From assembly GCA_965235115.1 (NCBI GenBank), contig OZ249451.1:20336001-20400000 (forward strand): DNA of 64,000 nt. Reading direction: 5' to 3'. Positions within the stretch are counted from its first letter, which is position 1; every line of letters starts with the position of its first letter. The position numbers were made by a program, and so were the translations under genes. The notes under the pieces were generated by a model. It was not told the origin of the DNA. It worked only from the letters and a program-made list of their open reading frames with translations, and ran no database searches. The stretch comes from Laetmonice hystrix (taxonomy: Eukaryota). Shown piece by piece: positions 12,283-24,819 of the stretch.

Positions 12283-13172
12283 AGCCATAGACTGTGCCGG
12301 TTGAGCACATGGACCCTTGGTTCTCTCCGGTCTAGATCCAGGCCTGGGGAAGGTTTCTCCTGTATAATCTATAACTTTTTGACATCCTCATGGGTGGTTA
12401 TTTTGTAGCCATAGACTGTGCCGGTTGGACACAAGTCTAGATCCAGGCCTGGGGAAGGTTTCTCCTGTATAATCTATAACTTTTTGACATCCTTTGGGTG
12501 GTTATTTTGTAGCCATAGACTGTGCCGGTTGGACACAAGTCTAGACCCAGGCCTGGGGAAGATTTCCCCTAGTACATTCCATAACCTTTGACATCCTCTG
12601 GGTGGTTATTTTGTAGCCATAGACTGTGCCGGTTGGACACAAGTCTAGACCCAGGCCTGGGGGAAGTTTCCCCTGTACATTCCATAACTTTTTGACATCC
12701 TTTGGTTGGTTATTTTGTAGCCATAGACTGGGCCGGTTGGACACAAGTCTATAGACCTGAGCCTGGGAAGATTTCCCCTGTATATTCTAACACGTTTTGA
12801 CATCATCTGGGTGGTTATTTTGTAGCCATAGACTGTGCCGGTTGGACACAAGTCTAGAACTGAGCCTGGGGAACTTTCCTGTATATTCTATAACATTTTG
12901 ACATCCTTTGGGTGGTTATTTTGTAGCCATAGACTGTGCCGGTTGGACACAAGTCTAGACCCAGGCCTGGGGAAGATTTCCCCTGTACATTCCATAACCT
13001 TTGACATCCTTTGGTTGGTTATTTTGTAGCCATAGACTGTGCCGGTTGGACACAAGTCTAGACCCTTTTTTAGCCATAGACTGTGCCGGTTGGACACAAG
13101 TCTAGACCCAGGCCTGGGGAAGATTTCCCCTGTACATTCCATAACCTTTGACATCCTCTTGGTGGTTATTTT
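12283..13172. repeat. About 104-bp tandem repeat, about 8.5 copies
   Basis: agccatagactgtgccggttg unit starts at 12283, 12407, 12511, 12615, 12719, 12824, 12925, 13028 (truncated) and 13072. Confidence 0.95.
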
Positions 13173-13865
13173 CATCACAAAGGATACACCCGCAGATTCC
13201 TAACAAAACGCCGCCCTCCGTGTCATGCCAGAGGTAGTCTTTTTTTTTTAATTGCCAGGTCTAGTTCTCAGATAAAAGAGGGGTAGGCTATTACTCTGAT
13301 GGTTATTTCCCACCATCTTCCACCCCTTACACACCCCTCAAATACCCCCCTCCCCGGCGGCCACCACAAACCCCCATGCCAGCCCTTATATCGTATAGCG
13401 TTCCTATATGCCACAAACTGCCACCCCCCGTACCACCCCGCCCTTTAATGGTCGTGATGAGTACTGCCACAATTACAGCCAGCGATACGACCATTACAGG
13501 GTCAAGGGTCATTACTTACTCGACCCACCGCATGGTGGCGGTAACTCGATACGGGGATGTTTCAGGGAGCAGTGGTCTGAGCGTGTGTATACTTGAGTTT
13601 AGTTACAGCCTGGGGGCTGACTCTATAGATAACAACCTTGTTAGGTCTAGGCAGGGATGTCAGGATGGTCGCAGACCTCTGCCCTGTTTCTACCGTCATC
13701 CCAGCCACTGGGAGAGTCGGTCGTTGGCAGGCGGATAAATGGGGGAACGGTTTGATGTGGATGATCGTTGTTTTTATACAGAAAGAAAGGGAGAGAAAAA
13801 TTTAAGAGTCAGATTTTCATGTTGTGTTGTTCAAGTAGAGTTCTTATAAAGAAGCATTCGAATCA

Positions 13866-14166
13866 NNNNNNNNNNNNNNNNNNNNNNNNNNNNNNNNNNN
13901 NNNNNNNNNNNNNNNNNNNNNNNNNNNNNNNNNNNNNNNNNNNNNNNNNNNNNNNNNNNNNNNNNNNNNNNNNNNNNNNNNNNNNNNNNNNNNNNNNNNN
14001 NNNNNNNNNNNNNNNNNNNNNNNNNNNNNNNNNNNNNNNNNNNNNNNNNNNNNNNNNNNNNNNNNNNNNNNNNNNNNNNNNNNNNNNNNNNNNNNNNNNN
14101 NNNNNNNNNNNNNNNNNNNNNNNNNNNNNNNNNNNNNNNNNNNNNNNNNNNNNNNNNNNNNNNNNN
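13866..14166. other. Assembly gap (301 N)
   Basis: Run of N. Confidence 1.
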
Positions 14167-17100
14167 TATGTGTCGTATACATATGCATTTGTTAAGTATA
14201 TAGAGACTTGCGCAGTTGTTTAATCCGCTGGATTACGTGGATTAGGAGACAAGCAACCCACTCAGTCTGAAATGGATAACATCTCGCCGGCATTTACGGG
14301 AATTTCGTCGTAAAACTTTAATGGGTTCAAGCATGTGAACTCGGAAGAGGGATGATGGATCTGTCGGAGGCTGATTACCGGCAGAACATTCTCTTTGAAG
14401 TCCTTCCCCCTACCAGCCCCCCTTACCCCCCCCCCCTCCGCCTGCTGTCGACTATCTACAACCACTGGACGGAGCAGACTTCCACAAACCGCTGATGTGT
14501 ATATACGAGGGAGGGGTCAGCCGAACCTCCGGCCTTCGGGATATCTTTCCGGATAATACTAGAAATAAGCTGTTGAATAATGGAAGCGAGGTAATGAGAC
14601 CGTTCAGGTGTAGGCTGGCAGGCCCGGTGTCGTCCCTTTCTAATCCCATCCATTAAAACCTGTCCCGACGCACACCCATAAATCTTCTCGCAAGACAACG
14701 CTAGTTCAAAAAGTGAGCGAAAAGCTTTCTACAAAAGGCAGCACGCAGGAAGTTTCTGCAAATGCTGCCTGTAATTTCGACATGTTCTTAAAACCAGTGG
14801 ATTTGGTGTCGGTAGATTTTCCATTAGGTGCGATCCATCTTCGATGACAGGCGTCAGCTGAGAATAGTGGCGTTCCATTGCTGTGTGAAACCCGTGCCGT
14901 CAGCGCGGCCCCACAGGCTGTGAGTAGTACGTGTAAAAAGGCCATTGTACCGGGCTTCACTCTGCTGATGTCCCCGCCACTGCTGGGGAAGGCTGGCGCC
15001 TTTTCCGTACCTTACGAACGTAATCCCCTAGCCTGATCGGGTTGGGACATTGGTGAGGATAGCTGTCAGTGGCGGAGGTTCTCTATCCCTCAGTAGACGC
15101 AGCCGGATACACCGCCCCACATCACTTACTGGGTATAGACCTGCTCCAAAACCATGTTCAATAATGTCTGTTTGCAGACAGGCATCCGAGCCTCACTGAC
15201 AAAACAATGAGAGAGGAGCACTGGCAAACGAAAAAACATATTCTGAAATTGAATTCCACTGCAGAGCCCGGGTATTGTAGCCTGATGTCGGAGTCACATC
15301 GATGGGTGGTTGGCAAATAAAATGTGTATGATTGGAACGAATATATATTTACTATTAGGCGGCGATGTTGATGGTCAGGGATGTTGTTTATTATTTATAG
15401 GATGGTGCAGCGTTACGTGCCGCAGATTATGACCTAGTTTCGGTAGTCTATCGAACCAATGCCCTCGTGAAAGTTCGATTCCGTTCGCGCCGTATTCTCA
15501 GGCAAGATCTCGGCAGTGATTACAACAAAGTTCTCATATTAGAACCCGCAGGACCCGTCCTAAAATTCAAAGCGTGTGGAGGCGTTGAGTGGGTGTACGA
15601 GAGGGGAGAAAAACGAGCCTCAGCAATTGGCCTTTGATGAGTTCCCACTATCCAGCTTTTCATATTCCTCACCTCGCTTGCGCCGTGAATAAGACCGCGG
15701 TCTGAAATGACGTGCAAGAACTTTGCCGTATCAAAGGCGTCGCTCCACCAACTCCCCCGTCTCTTTTCATTTGGCCCTGGATCAAGGGGGTTCCTGCCGT
15801 GGCCGTTGGCGTGAGGCCAGCGTTCGTGTCCGTGTGCCGGTAGACTTCACACGATCTCTGTATATTTCCGTTACTCGTATGGCCGTATCATCACCAGAGG
15901 CGGGCAGCCAGGCCCCACCGGCCCGCCGACCTATAATCATCTCCACCCTGGCTTCTTTTCCGTTTTTACTCACGTAGTACAAAGTGCTCACCTTTGCTCT
16001 GCCGCCAGAGAATGGTCGGATTTCCTGCGCCAAGATCAGAAGGTTGTTCGGGAAAGTGGCAGAGATCAGGGACTGATTGCCCCGCTTTGGGCGTGAGGCT
16101 ATAGAAGGGCAGCTTTGTAATATGTTACAACTTCCTGGGATTGCTTGGGCGTTAATTTGGACATCACAAAGATGGGGGGTCTCGTCTGACAATGCATGTA
16201 AGAAAGTTTCCCTCCCAAAGTTTTCTAGCCCGATTTTTTCGAAATGCCTACCATGACACCCCCCCCCCTAAAATAAGGGTGAAATCCCCCCGGAAACACT
16301 TGGTATGGAACCACTCTGACGATGTAGGATCAGACATTTAGATGGAGTGTGGCGATGTGGGCGATGGAGTGGGTTTAGGAAGAAAATTATTTGATATTTG
16401 TACAACTACTGTTTACTGTCACAGCATTGTGTATGACATGCTCACACCACAAAGACGGCCACGCCTGGTGGGATGAATGTCTGAGAAGTTCTGATTTGAT
16501 CTATATAATGGATCGCAGGTTGGTCGTGTCTCTCGTCTACTTCCTATGTTTGTCAGTCTGTTGATGTATTTCCGACGAGGTAGGGTCAGTCCCAATGTGT
16601 CCTGTCCGTTTTTCGTTAACATTAAGAGGAAACGCGATTTCAGTCGGAGATGTTTCACAGATTTATAGATCGTGGTGATTAATGAACACACATATATACC
16701 GTCCGATGTCGAGTGGTATTTTTTTTGTAGTTGTTTAGGACGTTTACAGCATGGTACGGAACCCCTGGGTAGTTCCATCGCCCGCGTAGTGGTGGCGCTA
16801 CGATCGACCTCCGCCGGACGGTTCGGTTCGCTTGGCTGACGAGAGTCTCAGGGGAACCCGCGTGGCTTCACGAGGGGAACGCCAGCAAATTGGCTGGCCC
16901 TCCAACTTGGTGGGGGCAGACCCATGGGAGCGTGGGGAAAGCAGCTAGCCAGCATGACTAATGGATGCCTAGACCCAACTGGTTTATGCTGAGATCTCTA
17001 GTTAATAAAGGTCGTGTACGTACGTAACTGGCGGGCAAGGCGTTTGTTTTTTTACTTACATCCGCGTCCCAACTGGTACGGCGCTCAAGGCCAACTAAAG

Positions 17101-17894
17101 AAAACCTCCGTCGATTTATTTAATTAAATGTGACCCCCTGAAATTGCCGATAGGGCTATCCTTTTTATATTTTCTACGTGTGAGGGCCATTATAAAATGA
17201 ATTTGTTTTTGAATGCACGCCCGGGTTGGCAGTGTTATACATGAGAACTAATATAGTAAAACACGTTATTCAAGGGTGATTTATTACTTAGGTGACGTGT
17301 TGCACTTTGTGTTCAAGCTGTTCACTTGAAAACCTAAAGTATACTTCTCTGCCATCTCCTCCAGTTTGAAGGGGTGGCATGTCAACGAAACGACCACTAC
17401 AAGTTCCCCTCTGAAACAAATAACAAGGTTACGTAGGGATTGTTCCAATGCACGTCACAACGTCTCATTAGCTATTCAAAACACGTCATAAACTCGCACT
17501 GTGATGACGCCGTATGTTCCCTTAAACAGCTCACGTCTTAATCAAATTTCTACCAGCAAGCTGAACCGTTTTTCTAGCGGGAGATAGAGACGGCGAATAG
17601 GTGCCGAATAACAATGAAACTCCCCTGATCTACTTCCCTTCCCGACCGACATCTCAATCCGACAGGGATCAGTCCCCATCGAGGCCTTTAGTCAATATTT
17701 TTGCAAGGCAAATCGGAGAAAAATGGAGATCTCGCGACTCAAATCCCCTCCGTGACCCGAACGGGTCAGTGCGTCTATATGGCGAATTGCATCTTGAATT
17801 GGAACTGGGATGCCGCGGGCATGAAATCGTTTTCTCTCTAGATGGGGGTTACGGCTATGAATTTGTGGGCGACCTGTTGGTTGGTTACTCTCAG

Positions 17895-17964
17895 CAGGCC
17901 GGGGCTGCAGGCCGGGGCTGCAGGCCGGGGCTGCAGGCCGGGGCTGCAGGCCGGGGCTGCAGGC
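17895..17964. repeat. 13-bp GC-rich tandem repeat (CAGGCCGGGGCTG)x5
   Basis: Five exact copies plus a partial one. Confidence 0.95.
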
Positions 17965-20900
17965 TGGGACCCTGGCAGTCGTATACCCCCTGGATCGTAT
18001 TAATAATTCACATAATGTAGGATGCGCTAGCGTTCCATAGAAAGGAAGGCTATACAATAGTTTATATATAGAGAGCGTGATTTCTTTGTCAGTTTTTACA
18101 CGTTTGTATGAAGAATGATTTATGACTTGATGGTTTTATTTTTTCCCGAGGCCACACAAAAATCGCATGGTCGGTTAATGTCATACCATTCCACTTTATC
18201 TGATATCGAAAACATATAAACCTGACGTCTTTCACAAGTCAGTTTTTTTTATCTATTGCCATGAAGGTTTAATAGATTCTGTATTTTTGCCAACCCTAAT
18301 TCTCACAGACTGGGACGTTGTTCCGTTGTAGTACTTTTAATCAGTGCATTGTGTGTCTATATTTTCAGCAACCTGTGTGATTCCGTTTTCTTTTATTTCG
18401 ACAATCTCTGAAACGAATATTGAGTTCTAGGGTGGCTATGCAGGCTGCACAGAGGTAGATAATCTCTCTCCCGGGGGAAGGGTAGGAGGGGTGAGGGGTG
18501 AGATGAGGGAGGGGTGTGAGGGGCAGGGGGAGGGGCCCAGATTCGAGTGAAATCGATACCCTCAAGGACCCCCTGATCCAATTTCACTTCCCGGTGTTCG
18601 TTGATGCGCACCGGCCGTGTGTCCGAACCAAAGCCTGTATGTATCCCATTCAGCGTGCGTGGTGTTCATTTCAAAGACAGCTGTGCCTTGGGTTTTAGCT
18701 GGATGAATAAACAAGGGGTTCTGCGCACATGTGGGGGTCCACTGGACCTTGGTAGGCGGTGGGGGGAGGGGGGTATACGTGGGAAGCTGGAGCAGCACTG
18801 AATACCGAACGGCCGCTCTGTATGCAAAGCCGCGCTCCTCAAGCGGGGATGCAAATTTTAATGACCTGACACTTTTCGGGCCAGGTTGGTCCGGCATGGG
18901 GGACAGAGCCCATCTGGGCCCGCCCAAGGTGGGTGGGGGTAGGTGTGTGTGTGAGGGGGGGGGGGGGCATACACAGCTGACCGTGGGATAATGACTTCCA
19001 TGTGGTCGTTTCTCTGTGGTTGCCGTTGGCCTCTTTTTTTTCTCTCTCCTGTTTGCCGTCCGACAACGGGGAAGCAACTGCCTTGCCGCAAAATCAATCG
19101 AATTAAAATCTGATTACATATGTGGCGAGGGCCATAGTTACCACAATGGGTAACTTAGATATATGATATGTACCTCGGTCAGAATTCCCCAAGCCATTGG
19201 CTACGGTCGTTAACGGAGTCATATCCGGCAGAATGGTCGGAGAAATGAGCCACAGACAATCATGGCCATCACGTTAATAAATGCAGCAAGAATCCGGTCT
19301 AGTTGCCTCAAGCTCTAGGAACCAACTTATGTATGTTGGTACTAATCTGTGCTCGGGCATGCGCTCTGCTAACATTTGTTTTTAACTCATCAACTGAGGC
19401 GATGTTTTTTTTTGTTGTTTTTCCTCCGGCCGGGGACAGGTGGTGGTGATTTTTTCTCTATATTGCCCTCAAACATCACAAAATGTGACATTATACACGG
19501 CTGGAATGCTCCGCTCACAACTTCTATTGTTCATGTCTCACGAGAGAGAGAAAAAAAACGGTATTGCTGTCGGGCGAACACTGGTCTATTTTATAAGTGT
19601 GTAATGAGCTGCCATTGCCACTTTATAGTTCATCATGCCCAGAACAAATGTCTTTATTAACAAGATACCCCGATATATTCTCTTTTAATCGAAATTATCA
19701 TCTTAAGTAAATTGTTTGACCATTTTATTCTCATTTTCTTACTGAAACAGAACCAGAAAGAATTGAGGTCCATGTTTCAGAAATACGTACAGTTTTCAGC
19801 AAGAGGAATCCAACTACAGAAATTTGTTGCTGAAAAATAAGCAGTCCTATTTATGAATTCTGCAATAGGCCCCCACATGAAACCCCATTTGTATCCCAGA
19901 CCCGGCCTAACGGTGCGAAGTCGGATTAAGAGAAGGATCATGATATGATCTTGAAGATCCAGCCATATGGTGTGGGCTTTACGTGCGCACAGCTCGCTTC
20001 CATGTGACACCGAATGGAGAAGATTCGTGACTTTATTGGTCGGAAACCTGAGGCGGACAGTAATAGCTGGTATCGATAGAGCCATTGTCCCACGACGTGC
20101 ACACCCAGGACCTACGGCTACAAACGCCGTCCGCGCAGCCAGAGTGAGGCTCCGCCGAGCTCGAGGCATTCCGTTGTCATGGTAACGGGCCGCCGTGGAT
20201 TGTGTTGTTTACACATGGCGCCTCAGCGATGGCCAGGACTGTCGGTGTGTGGGTAAGGCTGTGTGTACTAGGGAGGGAGGGGGAGGGAGGGAGGGGAGGG
20301 AGGGAGGGGGCAGGGATAAGTGCAAACATCTGCGCCGAACAGATTCGATGTTAATAGCAGCGCCATGTTGCAGTGACACGGCCAGGCAGTGACCTGACTT
20401 TGATAATATTGGATGCTGATCTGTAGACCTTGTTCTATACCTCCCTGCTCATCCCTTGCCCGACCTCCACGCCCACAACAGATGATTTGGTGATCCCATC
20501 ACATCTGGTATGAATCCTTCACTTTACTGTGGATGATATGTCAACATTGAAAAATAATTCTTTGTGAAAACTACCTCTTTGTTGTCCTATATGACAGGGG
20601 GCATATATTACAAGGTATAGGCAACAGTTTATATTAGATGTTTGTAATATTTTGCTGACCCCTTCCCCAACTTAAGTTTTTTTTCTGACAATGGTCCTCC
20701 CTATTGGAAGGTAGATGTGGGTGTGTACGTTGCTCCCTCAATCAGTATTTGACTATAAAATAGAATCGAAAGTCGAATATCACTGTTTTTTCTCAGTATA
20801 GGCCCAGTCGTATATATTCACTTTCGTGCTTGTCCAAACAAAGCCAACCCATTTAACGATTGCGTTGCTTCCCCGACCCCACCTCAGACAAGATCTTTAT

Positions 20901-22527
20901 GATAGCTAGGCCTATACGTAGTGTTAAAAAAGGAAGGATTTGTGTACGTGCAAGATATAACAGGAAGTAGCGTAAATCTCTTGTTTAGATCCTACACACT
21001 TCAATGAAGAGAAGTCAACGAAATATGACCACTCTGTCTGTCCGCAGAATGTTCGTTTACAATCTTGATTTGTGGCAGATATCTGTCATCTCACAGCTGG
21101 CCGTTTTCATGCAGAAACTCTGGTCTGTGACAGGACGAGGTAAAGAGAGTTGGGTTTTTATATCACAATAATACTCTAGTTTTACTGGCCAACCAGCAGA
21201 AAATCAAACAACAAGAAACCTTAACATTCGTAACACAGAGAAATAAAATACAGCAAAACAAAATAAACGAATCGAAATAATAAAATATCGAAAACACGAG
21301 CCAGGTATTCGTTTCTGGTAATGAAGCAAACACTTTTTAAAACGTTAAAGTACCCGTAGAAATTGTATGTACGGGGTAGGGTTACGCAGAGGGGTACCTA
21401 GGATATACCTGTAATTAACCTGTTGATCTGCGTATGCTAATGATATGCTAAGTATATGCAAATTGGCAGGTAAGTTACCAAGACAAACTTCCCTCAGGGG
21501 ACTTAGAGTTTAAAATTTCACAGCTATGTGAAGCAGAGTGGGATCGATTCCCATTTAGATGTTGGCGTAAACTCTTGAGTAGAATCTAAGAATCAGGAAT
21601 GATATATTTCTTTTTATTGGAGGGGGTCTGTTAACATCCTTGCTCATGTCGAAGCTATTCGTTTAACACCTTGAAATAAACCAATGTAGATATCTTGAAA
21701 GGGACGTATCCTTCAGGTGTAAATTGAACACCTACAACAATAAGCTAAAAAAGCTATATTCTCAAAGTTGCACCCTTTGAGACCTATTTCGTTACAATCC
21801 AAATAATATCCAATATTTATAAATTAATCAGACATATTTTTGTTATTTTGTTGTTTTTAGGCTAATTAAAGAAAATGAAGGTGATATATTATGTTTCAAA
21901 GATTTTTAAAATCTCACTAGTTTTGGGGAAAATTATAGAATCAAAATAAGCGAAGTGTTAACTTTCGGAAACATATTGACGAATGATGTGTTGAAAGTGT
22001 TGATCTCATGATCTAACATCACACATAATAAATCGATACATATCTCTCGTACCAATCTAAATGTCCTCGTTTATGACCGTGTGAGTTTTACAAGTATTGT
22101 AAGGGTTAACGCGATGTGCGTACGACATCTGGGCAGGTTTGTGTGGGGCTGGTCGGGTAGGGTAGGGAGGGAGGGCGGGGTACGGAGGGAGGGTAGGGTA
22201 GGGTAGGGAGGGCGGGGTTGGAGGCGGGGTGAGGGCGGGTACTGTACGGGCACTGGCCAGGCTGTCGGACGGTTCGCCTGGGGCCGATAGAACTTGCCGA
22301 TTACAACTCCAAGTTAACGATATCAGCAAGACCAGTCTAAAAATCATTCCGACCAGTTGCCTAATCGATTTACAATGAGTTAAAATAGCATCGACCCACA
22401 TTTCCCCCTTAGTTGTTCTATTAGAATTATAATAATAGGACTAGATAGTTCCAGCTAGCCAGTGTCCAAGCCAACTCAGCTGGCGTTAGACACGTCGGAG
22501 GTCAAGCTGTCAAAGCGACGTTGTAAA

Positions 22528-22541
22528 GTGCCCCCTAGCGG
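22528..22541 (-). promoter_or_regulatory. Candidate CTCF site (CCGCTAGGGGGCAC)
   Basis: Full match to the CTCF core consensus CCRSYAGRKGGCRS. Confidence 0.6.
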
Positions 22542-23798
22542 GAATTTCAAGAAGCCAGTGAAGTTTGTGCGATGAAAACGGACGTGAAAAAAACGACAAT
22601 TTGTGTTTTTGAAATTATCGCAATCTTCTCGCTATCCCTAAAGACTCCTTACCTTTACTTTAAGTCAGAATGGAACGGTTAATTAGATTTTGATGATCAT
22701 TAGACTTGTATTACTGTACCATTCGTTTCTCAGGATTGTGAAGGGAAAACTATCACCTGCTACACCTATATAAGGTAAACCCTTCGATATGAGCTGATGA
22801 CGTCATGAACTTGGCATGGCGTTCTGACATCAATAAGAATCCACTCAAAGGAGTGTTTCTTCTCCGAAACCCTTCACATCCATCGCTCCGTGATCTCACC
22901 GAGCCACGGCCAATGTATCATTTCACAAACTTGACACCATTTCGTGTCCATTTAGCGACCCCCTCTGGCGAGAGTTATTAAAAATTGTGACTCATTGTTG
23001 ACAATTTTGACCTGAGCATTGTGGGATCGCTACAATATTAGCGCCATTCATGTCAAACGGCCAGTACCCGGGTTGTATTCAGAGCAGGGAGGAAGGCAAG
23101 AAAGTTTCCATGAGAGCTGCGCAGGTCGCCATGTCAGGGTTGATCTCTGACCTGTTCGGATAGGACACCTTAATTCGTTAGGTGTCAACAGTGCCCCCTT
23201 AAGAGCCTCAGTGGCGTGCGGGCAGTAATTGTTATAGTGGCCTAGAATTGGACGACGGCCGAAGGGCCTGGGCCCCCGGGTTAGTCGACCTAATTACCTG
23301 CCGTCCCTACACTAACCCCCCCCCCCCCCACACACACACCACCCCACCCGCCTTTATGGGGTCTAGAGCGAAGAAAGGTCCAACCTGGGAGCTTTGCCGA
23401 CAGAGCTGTGAGTCGGAAAGAACGCAGGGGGGCGGCGGAGTGCATTGTCGGGCGATGTGACGTCTTGACAGGGCAGGAAGGGTGGGTAGAAAGGAAGATT
23501 ATAGAGTAGGCCCCGTCCAGCCGGCCCGTCTCACCTGCGCGCCAATTTTCTCATTTCAATCGAACATTCTCGATCTACGCGAGCGGAATGTGAGGTGGGG
23601 CAATGAAAGGAAATGAATGGAGCGCCAATTGATGGAGGCTTCCCGCTTGTATGACGGGACGTCTCCGCTAGGGTTCCGGTCTGAGAGAAGGGGAAGAGGG
23701 GGGACGGAGGGGGGGGGGGGCGCCGGACGGTGTTCGCTGTCCGACAGTCACTCCCAGTAGACGTGACAATAGCAGCTCGCCGACAACAAAACCCTTGC

Positions 23799-23861
23799 TA
23801 ACACCCCCCACCCTCTCCCCTAACACCCCCACCCTCTCCCCTAACACCCCCACCCTCTCCC
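23799..23861. repeat. About 21-bp C-rich tandem repeat x3 (taacacccccaccctctcccc)
   Basis: Direct reading of the sequence. Confidence 0.9.
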
Positions 23862-24269
23862 GACACTACGTTAACTCCAACCCTGACGTCTTTGTGACAC
23901 TGCGCTGTCAGGAAGAATTCACAGTTGTCGAATTGAAAGCAAGATTTTGTTTTCTCCGCGCATGGATTGGAATTCAAGATTAGGTAAAGTTTGTGGGGGA
24001 GGGGGGAGGGGTTATTTTAGAAATAGTTTGTAAGGAACACAGCCAACCTCCCCTCCCTTGTCCCAAACCACGATCTCGCGAGAATCCCGCAGTCTCCGTG
24101 GTCATCCATCAATAAAGACATGCTTTGTTTCCGTCATGGCGCGGGTCGTACGAGTGTAATTGCCTTTTTTCTGTCAGTGACCAGTGGTCAGTAGAGTGGT
24201 CAGTGTAAACAGATGACACATCACACGAAATCCCTCGACACTGGTTCCCTATCCTTTAGAAGACACCGC

Positions 24270-24283
24270 GCGCCCCCTGGGGA
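24270..24283 (-). promoter_or_regulatory. Weaker candidate CTCF site (TCCCCAGGGGGCGC)
   Basis: Two mismatches at the 5' end of the core; the AGGGGGCGC part is intact. Confidence 0.35.
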
Positions 24284-24778
24284 GCAAAGCACGAACTTCA
24301 ATTCTCACCCGCAACCAATGAGTCCTTCCAACCCAGCTGCAAGAAACGCGCGCGTTTTAACACAAAACGTGACCAAACAACCAAATGGAATATTACATTG
24401 ACATGCCCATCAGCTCTGCTGACTTCAGTGTTTTTTTTGTGTTTTTGTAATATTTACACTGGTTCACAAATATAGAAAACCAAGCAAATCAAGATGTAGT
24501 TTTAGAGAATTTAGGATTTTTGTATTTGTTTATCTACAACCAGAAACCTAATCTAGAATGACTCTTACCATTCACTACATCATGCACTTCATTGGTAATG
24601 TCACCTTATTTATTTATCCAGGAGTTCGATCATTTAGCATTCATTTCGTTTACATCTAGGTTGTGGTGTTGGTGACAATAGACCGTGAGAAACTAGTTAG
24701 AGAATCCCCCACCTCAGACCGGCGCTCGGCCGGTGCCATGGCAGTGAGGAGAGTTTATTAAGGAGTGATCGGCAAGAC

Positions 24779-24819
24779 TTAATGTGCGTACTACAAGAAT
24801 TAATGTGCGTACTACAAGA
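24779..24819. repeat. 21-bp tandem duplication (ttaatgtgcgtactacaaga)
   Basis: Two identical 20-nt copies, 21 bp apart. Confidence 0.85.

Noticed and set aside
13768-14223. ORFs spanning the 301-N gap
   Set aside because: Artefacts of the N run.
15432-15490. GTTCGATTCC B-box-like motif suggesting a tRNA or tRNA-derived SINE
   Set aside because: No cloverleaf could be folded and there is no convincing A-box or tail.
21351-21378. TACCCGTAGA...TACGGGGTA mini-hairpin resembling the miR-99/100 5' end
   Set aside because: Only about 10 nt match and the stem of about 8 bp is far too short for a pre-miRNA.
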